Source: Coleofasciculus chthonoplastes F2-STO-03 (lineage in GTDB: Bacteria; Cyanobacteriota; Cyanobacteriia; Cyanobacteriales; Coleofasciculaceae). From it: 25,177 nt of DNA. Within the stretch, counting starts at the first letter, position 1, and every line of letters starts with the position of its first letter. The stretch spans positions 1-25,177 of the forward strand of contig JAVJWO010000102.1 in the NCBI GenBank assembly GCA_040222015.1, given 5' to 3'. The notes beneath the pieces are model-generated. The model worked only from the letters and a program-made list of their open reading frames with translations, was not told the DNA's origin and did no database searches. Shown here piece by piece: positions 1 through 9,190 of the stretch. A program made the position numbers and the translations under genes.

Positions 1-111
1 GGTTATCGTGCAAGCTAAGCCGAACTATTAAGTATGTTCAGCGTTCGACTGAGCGCTCACGCCGAAGTCTTAGCTTGTTTGATGACTTCAGGGCTACTAA
101 AAACCCAGACC

Positions 112-819
112 TCAGCTCTTAGCAGGTCTGGGTAGTTTATTAAACCGTTTCAACGCTCCCGATACCATCATTGTGGCTTGGGTTGCAGATATGTTTAAAC
201 CGGTCATTTCCAGTGCAGGTAGAGCCGCTCTCAATTCAAATTTGAATTGAGCATCCTTGAGTTGAAATAGGGGAACAATTTGCTCGACGATTTGAATCTC
301 AAAGATTTGTTCGAGTTGTGCGTTATCCAAGACTCCGTAACTTTTGAGCCATAACCCCAAGGGTTGGTGATTCAGGGAGCAACGCTGTAATAATTTGCTT
401 AAGACGCGATCGCTTACCCATTGATCCCGTCGAATCAGGGATATCAAACCCTGTCCATCGAACCGATTAGCGGCGGCGACTATTCGACCTTGAGCTATCC
501 AGATGTAGTTATTGGGAAAGTGTTGAATGTGTAGAGACGAGTTGATCTGCTTTGGTTTTGCTACAGGTGGTAACGTTTGTTCAATACTCGTCCCGACTGA
601 TTCTTGAGACGTTCCATGGCGCGTCTTGAGGGTTGACGCCCTATCTTCCTCATTTCCCGTGTTTCCTCTAACGCCTACATTGGAGTGCAAGTTTGTATCA
701 GACGCGAAGCGGACAGCGCTGAAGGGGTGAATCGCTAGTACACCAGTTTTCTGCCCTTTCTCAAGCCACTGAAAAATCGCTGGTAGAGGAAAATCAGTTA
801 ACTTGCCTTGAGTACCCAT
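112..819 (-). CDS. DUF4388/PATAN-like domain protein, stand-alone, with a ~70-aa insertion
   Basis: From the ATG at 819: MGTQGKLTDFPLPAIFQWLEKGQKTGVL...YIWIAQGRIVAA...PLGLWLK...IVPLFQLKDAQFKFE matches the cyanobacterial DUF4388 pattern. The ORF-track extension to 990 overlaps the divergent gene and was discarded. Confidence 0.75.
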   Translation of the reverse strand: MGTQGKLTDFPLPAIFQWLEKGQKTGVLAIHPFSAVRFASDTNLHSNVGVRGNTGNEEDRASTLKTRHGTSQESVGTSIEQTLPPVAKPKQINSSLHIQHFPNNYIWIAQGRIVAAANRFDGQGLISLIRRDQWVSDRVLSKLLQRCSLNHQPLGLWLKSYGVLDNAQLEQIFEIQIVEQIVPLFQLKDAQFKFELRAALPALEMTGLNISATQATMMVSGALKRFNKLPRPAKS

Positions 820-925
820 TATTTTAATCCTGATAATCAGCAAAAGTAAAGTAAAACGTTGCACCCTGATTGAGTTTAGATTCCACCCAAAGTCTACCAT
901 GATGATTGTCCCATAATGATACTCA

Positions 926-2845
926 ATGAATAGTATAGAAGCGCTAGCTGTCTTGAGTGCGATGCTTCGTAAGCCGCCACTGAGTAACATTCAAGAACAA
1001 GTCTTTCACTTGACGTGGCAAGGGTTAACCTATACGGAGATTTCGGCTAACATTGGATATGAAGAGAGTTATATTCGAGATGTTGGTGCTAAACTTTGGC
1101 AACGCCTTTCTCAGATTATTGGAGAAAAAGTCAATAAAAATAATATTAATACTGTAGTTGAGCACTATATCATCAACCGTAAGGAAGATATCTCAGCCCC
1201 ATTCCCTCTCAGCCACTCAAGCACTACTATGTTAAACCAAACTAGAACATCAGCTCGGTTAGAATTCCCTGGTAGTCCTCTGCCACTTAACTCCGAATTT
1301 TACATCAATCGCCCCCCTGTCGAAGAACTCGCTTACGCAGAAATTGGCATACCCGGCAGTATCATTCGGATCAAAGCGTCCTCAAAGATGGGGAAAAGTT
1401 CTCTGCTGCAACGGATTATTGCTCAGGCTAAGGCGCAAGGATTCCACATAGTTAATCTGGACTTCCAACAAGCTGATGAATCGGTTTTTGTCAACCTGGA
1501 TAAATTTCTGCGCTGGTTCTGTGCTAACGTCGCTCGGCAGTTGCAGCTCCCACCTAATCTGGATGACTATTGGGATGAGGATATTGGCAGTAAAGTTAGC
1601 TGCACTTTCTATTTTCAAGGATATCTGCTGGAGCAAATTGACACGCCGATTCTCCTGACATTGAATGAAGTCAATCGGCTGTTAGAGTATAACAAAATCG
1701 CCAAAGACTTTCTGCCGTTAATGCGTTCTTGGCATGAAGAAGCCCAACTGGATCAGGGGTTTGAGCAACTGCGCTTTGTTGTGGTGCATTCGACGGAAAT
1801 TTATACGTCATTAAATATTAATCAATCTCCCTTTAATGTGGGACTACCCTTGGTTTTGCCGGAGTTGACGTTAGAGCAAGTGCAGGAGTTAGCCCGTCGT
1901 TATGAACTCGATGGGATTGATGAGTCTCAAGTCGGCGACTTAATGGCAATGGTGGGAGGACATCCTTATTTAATTCAACTGGCATTTTATTACCTGCGTT
2001 ACGCGGATCTCACCTTACCGCAGTTATTAGAGGAAGCACCAACCCTGGCGGGAGTTTATAGTCATCATTTGCGGCGTCAATTCGCCACGGTGGAAAAGAA
2101 TCCAGAGTTAGTTGCGGCGTTGCAACAGGTGGTTATGGCAACAGAGACTGTGCGTTTAGACGCGATCGCGGCGTATAAATTAGAGAGTATGGGGCTGATA
2201 AAACTACAGGGAAATCAGGCGACAATCCGCTGTGAGTTATATCGGCTTTATTTGAGAGAACAACTCTCCCTGGAATCGCCAACCGATCCGCGTATTGGAC
2301 AGTTAGAGCAAGAGAATCAACAGTTAAAGTATTTATCAAGAATTGATGACTTAACCAAGCTGGCGAATCGCCGCGACTTTGACGATCACCTTGCCCAAGA
2401 ATGGCAGAGATTAGCGGAAGAAGAGGTTCCCCTGGCATTGATTTTAGCAGATATCGATTTTTTCAAGCTGTTTAACGATGCGTTTGGTCATCTGACAGGA
2501 GATTTCTGTTTACAGCAAATCGCCCAGGCAATTCGGGAGTGCGTCAAGCATTCAGGGGCTTTGGTTGCTCGTTTTGGTGGGGAAGAATTTGCCATAATTA
2601 TGCCACAAATAAATGGAGAGCAAGCGGTACAATTAGCAGAGCAAATCCGAGAACGTGTCAAAGCATTAAATATTTCCCATGATCCCTATCGGATGTGCGG
2701 ATATTCCTCAATTATCACCCTGAGTTTAGGGGTTGCTTCAATGATTCCCCATCCAGAGGATGATCCCTTAAATCTGGTGCAGGCGGCTGATGAAGCACTA
2801 TTTGAGTCAAAACGACAGGGGCGCGATCGCGTGACGATCCGGTAG
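926..2845 (+). CDS. HTH + AAA_35 (STAND-like) NTPase + GGDEF diguanylate cyclase fusion
   Basis: N-terminal helix-turn-helix typical of cyanobacterial NTPases (QGLTYTEISANIGYEESYIRDVGAKLW). AAA_35 features: YINRPPVE, ASSKMGKSS, SPFNVG, GGHPYL. A coiled coil follows, then DDLTKLANRR, DIDFFK, NDAFGH, RFGGEEF and ADEALFESK. Confidence 0.88.
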   Translation: MNSIEALAVLSAMLRKPPLSNIQEQVFHLTWQGLTYTEISANIGYEESYIRDVGAKLWQRLSQIIGEKVNKNNINTVVEHYIINRKEDISAPFPLSHSSTTMLNQTRTSARLEFPGSPLPLNSEFYINRPPVEELAYAEIGIPGSIIRIKASSKMGKSSLLQRIIAQAKAQGFHIVNLDFQQADESVFVNLDKFLRWFCANVARQLQLPPNLDDYWDEDIGSKVSCTFYFQGYLLEQIDTPILLTLNEVNRLLEYNKIAKDFLPLMRSWHEEAQLDQGFEQLRFVVVHSTEIYTSLNINQSPFNVGLPLVLPELTLEQVQELARRYELDGIDESQVGDLMAMVGGHPYLIQLAFYYLRYADLTLPQLLEEAPTLAGVYSHHLRRQFATVEKNPELVAALQQVVMATETVRLDAIAAYKLESMGLIKLQGNQATIRCELYRLYLREQLSLESPTDPRIGQLEQENQQLKYLSRIDDLTKLANRRDFDDHLAQEWQRLAEEEVPLALILADIDFFKLFNDAFGHLTGDFCLQQIAQAIRECVKHSGALVARFGGEEFAIIMPQINGEQAVQLAEQIRERVKALNISHDPYRMCGYSSIITLSLGVASMIPHPEDDPLNLVQAADEALFESKRQGRDRVTIR

Positions 2846-2867
2846 AGAGGTTCCGGTAGAACGTCTG
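2842..2867. repeat. Degenerate GTAG-type palindromic repeat overlapping the GGDEF gene stop codon
   Basis: GTAGAGAGGTTCCGGTAGAACGTCTG resembles the GTAGAGACG...CGTCTCTAC palindrome at 10758. Its TAG (2843-2845) is the stop codon. Confidence 0.55.
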
Positions 2868-2877
2868 TGAATCAATT

Positions 2878-2946
2878 GTAGGGGCGGGTTTAGCCACTCA
2901 ATCTTGAATCCCACCGATAATGTATGTAGCAAAACCCGCCCTGACT
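2878..2946. repeat. GTAG-type REP-like inverted repeat
   Basis: GTAGGGGCGGGTTT (2878-2891) is inverted relative to AAACCCGCCC (2932-2941), around a ~40-nt spacer. Confidence 0.7.
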
Positions 2947-2971
2947 AATATCTTTTCACGGGATCTGGAAA

Positions 2972-3025
2972 ACCTCTCTCCAAACCTCTCTCCTACAAGG
3001 AGAGAGGCTTTGAATTCTCCCCCTT
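2972..3025. repeat. Cyanobacterial short dispersed repeat (partial)
   Basis: AACCTCTCTCC occurs twice, followed by the hairpin CCTCTCTCCT-ACA-AGGAGAGAGG, in a convergent intergenic region. Confidence 0.6.
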
Positions 3026-3081
3026 GCGTGCCATCAAAGCTCTCGCATCCTTTCTCTTCCCCCATGCAACATTTCTGGAGT

Positions 3082-3125
3082 ATGACAAATGACAAATGAC
3101 AAATGACAAATGACAAATGACAAAT
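3082..3125. repeat. STRR2-type heptamer array (ATGACAA)x6
   Basis: Six perfect copies. The unit is the reverse complement of the TT(G/T)GTCA STRR heptamer of filamentous cyanobacteria. Confidence 0.95.
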
Positions 3126-3142
3126 TTAATTGTGTCCACCCA

Positions 3143-3778
3143 CTAATCAGCAATCACAAACAACGCCCGATAAACGGGTTGTCTACAGGCTATTGTGTAG
3201 GTTTCTCGTTCGGTGGGAACAGGTAGAGGATTCGTGGCTAACCAGTCGGTTCCTTGACGTTGAAAGGCTGGATTCTCGGTAAAGCGATCGCACATTTCCT
3301 GGGCGACGGCTTCAACATCAGACTGGATCAGAACTTCGCCGCCTTTGACCAAGTAGTTTGCCAAAGTAGTGACCAATTCCGGTTTGACCACACGGCGTTT
3401 AGCATGTCGTTTTTTGAACCATGGATCAGGAAATTGAATGGTTACGCGCTTTAATAGTCCCTGGGGCAAAGAGGCTAAAACTGGCGCTAATGAGTTATCG
3501 ACATTGCAAAATATAAAATGAAGATTATTTAATCCTAACTCCGCTACCAATTCTTGGGCTTTCTCAACTAAAGATTCCCGAATTTCTAATCCCAGAAAAT
3601 TCCAATCGGGTTGCTGGGTTGCCATGTCTAACAAAAACTCACCCCTAGCACTACCTATATCTAGATGTAGCGGTTGCATGGGTTGATGATATACCTTTTC
3701 CCACGGGGGAGGCGTTACAGGAGTCAGGTATTTTTTACTCAAGGGATTGACATGTTGGCGCACACGAACTCTCGGCAA
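3143..3778 (-). CDS. trmB: tRNA (guanine-N7) methyltransferase
   Basis: Motifs RVRQHVNPL, LDIGSARG, LGLEIR, FPDPWFKKRHAKRRV, SDV and PTERE. The start was placed at the TTG at 3778 because AAGGAGGT lies 7 nt upstream; the longer ORF start comes from the heptamer repeat. Confidence 0.95.
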   Translation of the reverse strand: MPRVRVRQHVNPLSKKYLTPVTPPPWEKVYHQPMQPLHLDIGSARGEFLLDMATQQPDWNFLGLEIRESLVEKAQELVAELGLNNLHFIFCNVDNSLAPVLASLPQGLLKRVTIQFPDPWFKKRHAKRRVVKPELVTTLANYLVKGGEVLIQSDVEAVAQEMCDRFTENPAFQRQGTDWLATNPLPVPTERETYTIACRQPVYRALFVIAD

Positions 3779-3796
3779 TGGTTTCACCTCCTTATT

Positions 3797-3838
3797 TTGG
3801 TCATTTGTCATTTGTCATTTGTCATTGGTCATTTGTCA
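3797..3838. repeat. STRR2-type heptamer array TT(T/G)GTCA x6
   Basis: Four TTTGTCA and two TTGGTCA units, in the opposite orientation to the 3082 array. Confidence 0.95.
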
Positions 3839-3851
3839 AGTCGGGGCGGGT

Positions 3852-3881
3852 GTAGGGTGCGTTAGCGAAGCGTAACGCACC
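3852..3881. repeat. GTAG-type REP-like palindrome
   Basis: GTAG followed by the hairpin GGTGCGTTA-GCGAAGCG-TAACGCACC. Confidence 0.75.
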
Positions 3882-3967
3882 ATTTCAAACGATAGTAGTG
3901 AAAGTGAACCCCTACACAATTTCCCCATCTGACACCTATCTTCCCTATCTTCCTCATCTTCCCTTCA

Positions 3968-5419
3968 TTAACCAATCGGAAGTTCAACGATAAACTCAGC
4001 CCCTTCTCCAGGGTGAGACACACAACATAACTGTCCGCCGTGTTTGTCCACGACAATTTCATGACTAATCGATAATCCTAACCCCGTTCCCTTGCCAAAG
4101 GGTTTGGTCGTAAAAAAGGCTTGGAATAGCTTTTCTTGTATCTCTTCAGGGATACCAGGACCATTATCAGAAATACGGATTTCTACTCGCTGTTTATCAA
4201 TCCCTCTGGTACGAATCCAGATGGTGGGAAGCGCGGGGGTTGTATTACTTTCTGACATTTTCTCTGAATTTTGCTTTCTAAATTCGGCTTCTTCTAAGGC
4301 ATCAATTGCATTCGCCAGAATATTCATAAACACTTGGCTCAGGCGTCCAGGATAGCATTCAATGGGCGGTAACTTACCATATTCTTTAATCACTTGAATG
4401 CCTAAATGTTTCCCGGAGGGTTTGATCCGATGTTGCAAGAGAACCAGCGTACTATCTAACCCCTCGTGCAAATCAACCATCATCATTTCGCCCGCGTCGA
4501 GGCGAGATATATTCCGCAAGCTTTTAATGATTTGACAGATGCGTTCGATGCCTAATTCCATCGACTTAAAGGTTTTGGGTAAATCTTTTACCAGAAAATC
4601 CTTGTCAATTTTTTGAGATTTGTCTTGAATTTCGGGAACTGGATTCGGATAATGTTGAGCATAGATTTGCAGGAGTTTGAGTAAGTCTCGGCTATATTCG
4701 CTGGCACAGCTTAAATTGCCATGAATCGAAGTAATGGGATTATTAATTTCATGGGCAACCCCGGCTAACATTTGTCCCAGACTGGACATTTTTTCACTTT
4801 GAACTAGCATGGCTTGGGCTTGTTGCCAATTGTTGAGGGCTTGGGCAAGTTGATTAGTCCGTTCTTCCACCCGTTGTTCGAGTTCCTGGGTCAATGTTTG
4901 TAAGGCGGCTTCTGCTTTACCCCGTTGTTCAACTTCCTCAACTAATCGGGTATTCTGTTCTTCTAGGGTTTTGGTTAAGGTTCGCAGTTTCAAATGCACC
5001 TTCACTCGTGCTAATACCTCTTCCTGCTGAAAGGGTTTGGTGATATAGTCTACAGCGCCTAAATTTAACCCCTTAACTTTATCAATGGTATCGGTCAAAG
5101 CCGTCATAAAAATGATCGGAATCTCGTGAGTGTCAGGATTGGCTTTTAGGCGTCGGCATGTTTCAAATCCGTCAATTCCTGGCATCATCACATCTAACAA
5201 AACTAAGGTCGGTGGATCATAGGCAATTTGCTCAAGCGCGGTTTCTCCATCAAGAGCAACGGCAATTTCAAATCCAGCGCTAGTCAGGGTTTCTGAGAGT
5301 ATTTCTAGATTGTTGGGACTATCGTCAATAATTAGAATAATCGTTTTATTTAACTTGTCTATCATTGCCTTGTTGCGTTGTTCTATCCGGTTCAATGTAA
5401 TAGATTTAGACTTAAGCAT
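3968..5419 (-). CDS. Hybrid histidine kinase, N-terminal receiver + HisKA + HATPase
   Basis: Receiver: IIDD, LLDVMMPGIDG, DYITKPF. H-box AHEINNP, N-box NILANAIDA, G1 DNGPGI, FFTTK, G2 GTGLGL. An alternative start is the ATG at 5365. Confidence 0.93.
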   Translation of the reverse strand: MLKSKSITLNRIEQRNKAMIDKLNKTIILIIDDSPNNLEILSETLTSAGFEIAVALDGETALEQIAYDPPTLVLLDVMMPGIDGFETCRRLKANPDTHEIPIIFMTALTDTIDKVKGLNLGAVDYITKPFQQEEVLARVKVHLKLRTLTKTLEEQNTRLVEEVEQRGKAEAALQTLTQELEQRVEERTNQLAQALNNWQQAQAMLVQSEKMSSLGQMLAGVAHEINNPITSIHGNLSCASEYSRDLLKLLQIYAQHYPNPVPEIQDKSQKIDKDFLVKDLPKTFKSMELGIERICQIIKSLRNISRLDAGEMMMVDLHEGLDSTLVLLQHRIKPSGKHLGIQVIKEYGKLPPIECYPGRLSQVFMNILANAIDALEEAEFRKQNSEKMSESNTTPALPTIWIRTRGIDKQRVEIRISDNGPGIPEEIQEKLFQAFFTTKPFGKGTGLGLSISHEIVVDKHGGQLCCVSHPGEGAEFIVELPIG

Positions 5420-5458
5420 GGCGATAATTTCTAGGTGTTAGCGATAGGTTAATGGCGT

Positions 5459-8302
5459 TTAGTGAATGCACCGATTTTTTTCAATAAAATCTCGTATTTT
5501 TTTTAATTGAAAGCCTTTAGCGAGCTGGCGTATATATTGAGAAAATGGGGCGAACTTATGATCAGAACTCTCGATACTATCAATTTTTTCGAGGAGAAGT
5601 TTAATCCGACCTTTCATGGCTAAATCCCAGAGAATGTCTAACTCCTCTTCCGGAAAAATAATCGCTTCGGGTTTGCCCGGTTTTTGTGGCTCGTATGGTG
5701 TTACCTTAACCGCCGCCGACTGACTACCATTCCCTGATGCGGGTTCATAAATCCAGGTCAGTCCCAAATGTTGTTGTAATGTCTGGAGTAGCTCATCAAT
5801 TTGAACGGGTTTGGGCAGAAAATCATTACCCCCGGCTGCCAAACTGTGATGCCGATCCATCTCAAAAACACTGGCTGACGATACTACGATTAGCATATTT
5901 TTCAGGGTTTTGGACTGGCGAATGTGTCGCATCATCTCAAAGCCGTCCATAATCGGCATGATCAAGTCACTAATGATCAGATCCGGTGAGGCTGTCATGG
6001 TGATATCTAATCCTTCTCGACCATTATTCGCCTCAATGACATCAAATCCTAATGGTTCGAGCAAATTGACGATGACTGAACGGTTTTCCCAGCGATCATC
6101 GACAATGAGAATGGTTCGGGGTTTGCCCTGATAACCAATAATTCTACCTTGAGTAAAGGCGGGAGTCGTTTGTATCCATTCTTTGGCTTCTCTTAAGTCT
6201 AAATCCACGGTAAATACACTCCCTTTCCCGATTTTACTGTGGACTTGAATGGTACTGCCCATGAGTTGTACAATCTTGGTGCTAATCGCTAAACCTAGTC
6301 CAGTTCCTTCCGCCTGACGTTTGCGATCGCTCACTTGTTCAAAGGGTAAAAAGATGCGTTGCAATTGTTGGGGACTCATCCCTACGCCGGTATCTTCGAT
6401 TTGAAAGCGGATTCGGTGATCGGGAGGGGTTGATATTTTGGGTTGACGAGATACTCCTTCTGTGCTATTCCCATTCATTACCCCGATACGTTGAAGGGGT
6501 TGAGTATTCGCATATCCGACTTTAAAGGTAACGCCGCCAGCATCGGTAAATTTAATCGCATTGCTGAGGAGATTAATCAGAACTTGTCGCAGTCGCTTTT
6601 CGTCTACGTGGATACCAGCAGGAAGGGATGAAGTCGGTTGATAGATAAAGGAAATGCCTTTTGCATCCGCCCGAATCCGGCAAATTTCGATAACGCCACG
6701 CAGGAATGAGGGAAAATGAATATCGCTGCCATGGAGTTCCATCTTCCGGGCTTCAATTTTCGCTAAATCGAGAATATCATTAATCAACATCAGCAAATGA
6801 GAACCGCACTGATGGATAATCCGCACTCCATCCAATTCGCGATCGCTCATCGTTTTTGATCGTTGCAGAATTTGGGCATAGCCTAACACTCCATTCAGTG
6901 GCGTTCGCAGTTCATGACTCATATTTGCCAGAAACTCACTTTTGGCGTTATTTGCCGTATCCGCGTCTTCTTTCGCCGTTTTTAGTTCCGCTGTACGTTG
7001 TTCTACCCGCAATTCCAGTTCAGCTTTGGCATCTTCCAAGGCGGTAAAGGATTCCTGCAACTGCTGCGCCATTTGGTTAAAGGATTTAGATAAAATCCGC
7101 AGTTCATAAATCCCTTCGACTTTGACTCGTTGATCAAGTTCCCCACTCGCGATCGCACAAGATGCCATACTCAATCGTAAAATGGGTTGACTAATCCAAC
7201 GTGAGGTCAAGAATCCCAAAAGGGTGGCAAGAATCAAAGCCGCTACACATAGCCGAATGGTTGTGCGCGTGTTGGCGTGGATACGTGCCATAAATTCCTC
7301 TTCGGGCACCACGACAACAATTAACCAATTTAGCCCTTTATTGTCTTGAAAGGAGAGAACTTGGACAAATTGCTTCTTCTTATCTAACGTAAAATCTAAC
7401 TGATATTCCCCTTGGATATTCTCAAAGCTGCCAAACTTTCCCACCAAAAAGTCCGCCGTCGCCTTAATCAAGGGGTTATCACTGGTAATCGAGTCATTCC
7501 GTTCTGATTTAGTATGATTATTGGATACCACTGTATCTTCACTCATCGATGTGGCAACTAATATTCCTTTCCCCTTCGGTTCTAAAATAAACGTCTGTCC
7601 AAATTCGCTAATTTTCAAAGTTTTCAGGAAGTCTCTAATATGAGACAGAGACAAAATCGTACTGGTTACGCCCAGCAACGTATCATCCTCACGGTACAGG
7701 GGCATACTCGCCGCGATCGCTAATGTGTCTTCATGTTCATAGCGAAAAACCTCACTCCAGGTTGCCTCACCTGCTTCTACCGCCTCTTCATACCAGGGTC
7801 GAGTTCGGTGATCATCGTAGGCAGAAGTTTCTAATACCTTGATCCGATTTCCTTGCTGATTCGTCTGATAAATATTTTTAGTATAATTAACTGATTCATG
7901 AATTTGAAATCCCCCCTGTTTTTGCCGCACCACTTCCAAATATTTACCATCTTCTGTACCAATTGCTGTAGCGCTAACCGGAAAAACTTGCATCTGATGC
8001 CAGAACGTTTTCTCACAATTGATTAAACTCCCTAATTCTAGCTGCGTCAGACAAGTCTCATTGGCATTTAGTTGATTGAATGCATGGGGGATCTGCAAAT
8101 AACTATCGAGTTTCTGTTCTATCCGAGCCGCGATTTCTTGGCGTAAATCACTGGCAAGTTCATTAACCGCTTGTTCACCATTGCGTAAGGAAAGCCAGCC
8201 TGTTAATCCTACCGCCGCCGTAATTTGTAGTAGGAAAGGAATGACAAGGACTAGGCGCAGGGGCATTTTGAACGAGGGTTTTGGCAAAAAACTGGGTAAC
8301 AT
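5459..8302 (-). CDS. Membrane hybrid sensor kinase (Cache-HAMP-HisKA-HATPase-REC)
   Basis: Two transmembrane segments flank a Cache-like region (RPWY, WSEVF). [28 protein letters not shown] and GTGLGL follow, then a receiver (IVDD, SDLIMP, KP) and a short helical tail. Confidence 0.93.
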   Translation of the reverse strand: MLPSFLPKPSFKMPLRLVLVIPFLLQITAAVGLTGWLSLRNGEQAVNELASDLRQEIAARIEQKLDSYLQIPHAFNQLNANETCLTQLELGSLINCEKTFWHQMQVFPVSATAIGTEDGKYLEVVRQKQGGFQIHESVNYTKNIYQTNQQGNRIKVLETSAYDDHRTRPWYEEAVEAGEATWSEVFRYEHEDTLAIAASMPLYREDDTLLGVTSTILSLSHIRDFLKTLKISEFGQTFILEPKGKGILVATSMSEDTVVSNNHTKSERNDSITSDNPLIKATADFLVGKFGSFENIQGEYQLDFTLDKKKQFVQVLSFQDNKGLNWLIVVVVPEEEFMARIHANTRTTIRLCVAALILATLLGFLTSRWISQPILRLSMASCAIASGELDQRVKVEGIYELRILSKSFNQMAQQLQESFTALEDAKAELELRVEQRTAELKTAKEDADTANNAKSEFLANMSHELRTPLNGVLGYAQILQRSKTMSDRELDGVRIIHQCGSHLLMLINDILDLAKIEARKMELHGSDIHFPSFLRGVIEICRIRADAKGISFIYQPTSSLPAGIHVDEKRLRQVLINLLSNAIKFTDAGGVTFKVGYANTQPLQRIGVMNGNSTEGVSRQPKISTPPDHRIRFQIEDTGVGMSPQQLQRIFLPFEQVSDRKRQAEGTGLGLAISTKIVQLMGSTIQVHSKIGKGSVFTVDLDLREAKEWIQTTPAFTQGRIIGYQGKPRTILIVDDRWENRSVIVNLLEPLGFDVIEANNGREGLDITMTASPDLIISDLIMPIMDGFEMMRHIRQSKTLKNMLIVVSSASVFEMDRHHSLAAGGNDFLPKPVQIDELLQTLQQHLGLTWIYEPASGNGSQSAAVKVTPYEPQKPGKPEAIIFPEEELDILWDLAMKGRIKLLLEKIDSIESSDHKFAPFSQYIRQLAKGFQLKKIRDFIEKNRCIH

Positions 8303-8520
8303 CCGTTAGTGTTAGTCTACGAGTAATGAGTGGATTGACGACTCAGATGCTACCCTAATCTATTAAGAAATGTATTCAAAATTTGGTGATCCTTTTACCC
8401 AATCTCCGACTTTTTACATAAATCGGGGATCGACTTGATTAACTCTTACAAAATTGACAAGAAATGTTCTCGAATTACCTGTTGCCTATTGGTTCGGTTT
8501 TTCTCTGTTGATGATAAAAA

Positions 8521-9186
8521 CTAACTGACGTTCTGAGCAATATCTGAATTATTAGTCTCAGAATATTTTGGGACAAACAGTTTAGGGAATAGCAACCCCG
8601 AACGAGCTTTATAGTCAGCAAATTCCGGATAACGGGAGAGTGACTGGTCTTTTTTCAGCATATTGGGAATAAAAATACCCGCAATAAACCCGGCTAAAAT
8701 TAAAAACGGTAACCAGTGCTGAGTTAACAGAGCAAAAGCTCCATAGATTAAGATTTCTCCAAGATAGTTAGTATTCCGACACCGGGCAAAAAATCCTTCG
8801 GTAATCAGTCCAGAATGATACTTGAGCGTATAATACTTTTGAGCATCACTGCTGTAATGAAGAAAGACACCCATGAGGTTAATCGCAATCGCCGCAGCAA
8901 TCAGGGGAGGAGTCGGTTCTGAGCCACTACTAATCAAGATAAACGGAGCAACCCAGTAGAGCAATAGAACCCCAAAAAGAAATAAACCCCTTCCCAAAGA
9001 GATGTCTTGCTCCCACTGTTTATCGGGATAGATGCGGCTTTTGAGTATCCACATATACCCATACATACTATGCAGGGCGAGATAAACCCAAGAACCGATG
9101 GTGAAATTTTGATACGCCACCATCAAGGCTAATATCACCGGAAACGTTAGTCCTTTATGCAGATCAATGAAATGCTTGATTTTCAT
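8521..9186 (-). CDS. DUF1295 / steroid 5-alpha-reductase- or ICMT-like membrane protein
   Basis: Multiple hydrophobic segments, plus DAQKY, GLITEGFFARCRNTNYLGE and SRYPEFADYK. Start placed at the ATG at 9186, 4 nt after the putA stop. Confidence 0.75.
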   Translation of the reverse strand: MKIKHFIDLHKGLTFPVILALMVAYQNFTIGSWVYLALHSMYGYMWILKSRIYPDKQWEQDISLGRGLFLFGVLLLYWVAPFILISSGSEPTPPLIAAAIAINLMGVFLHYSSDAQKYYTLKYHSGLITEGFFARCRNTNYLGEILIYGAFALLTQHWLPFLILAGFIAGIFIPNMLKKDQSLSRYPEFADYKARSGLLFPKLFVPKYSETNNSDIAQNVS

Positions 9187-9190
9187 CCGT

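Noticed and set aside
820..990. N-terminal extension of the DUF4388 ORF overlapping the divergent gene
   Set aside because: Domain similarity begins at Met 819. The extension is most simply open frame across the promoter region.
2898..3116. 72-aa ORF beginning MSFVICHLSFVI
   Set aside because: It is a translation of the heptamer array and dispersed repeats.
3082..3838. Heptamer arrays as a possible CRISPR array
   Set aside because: The units are contiguous 7-mers with no spacers, and no cas genes are present.
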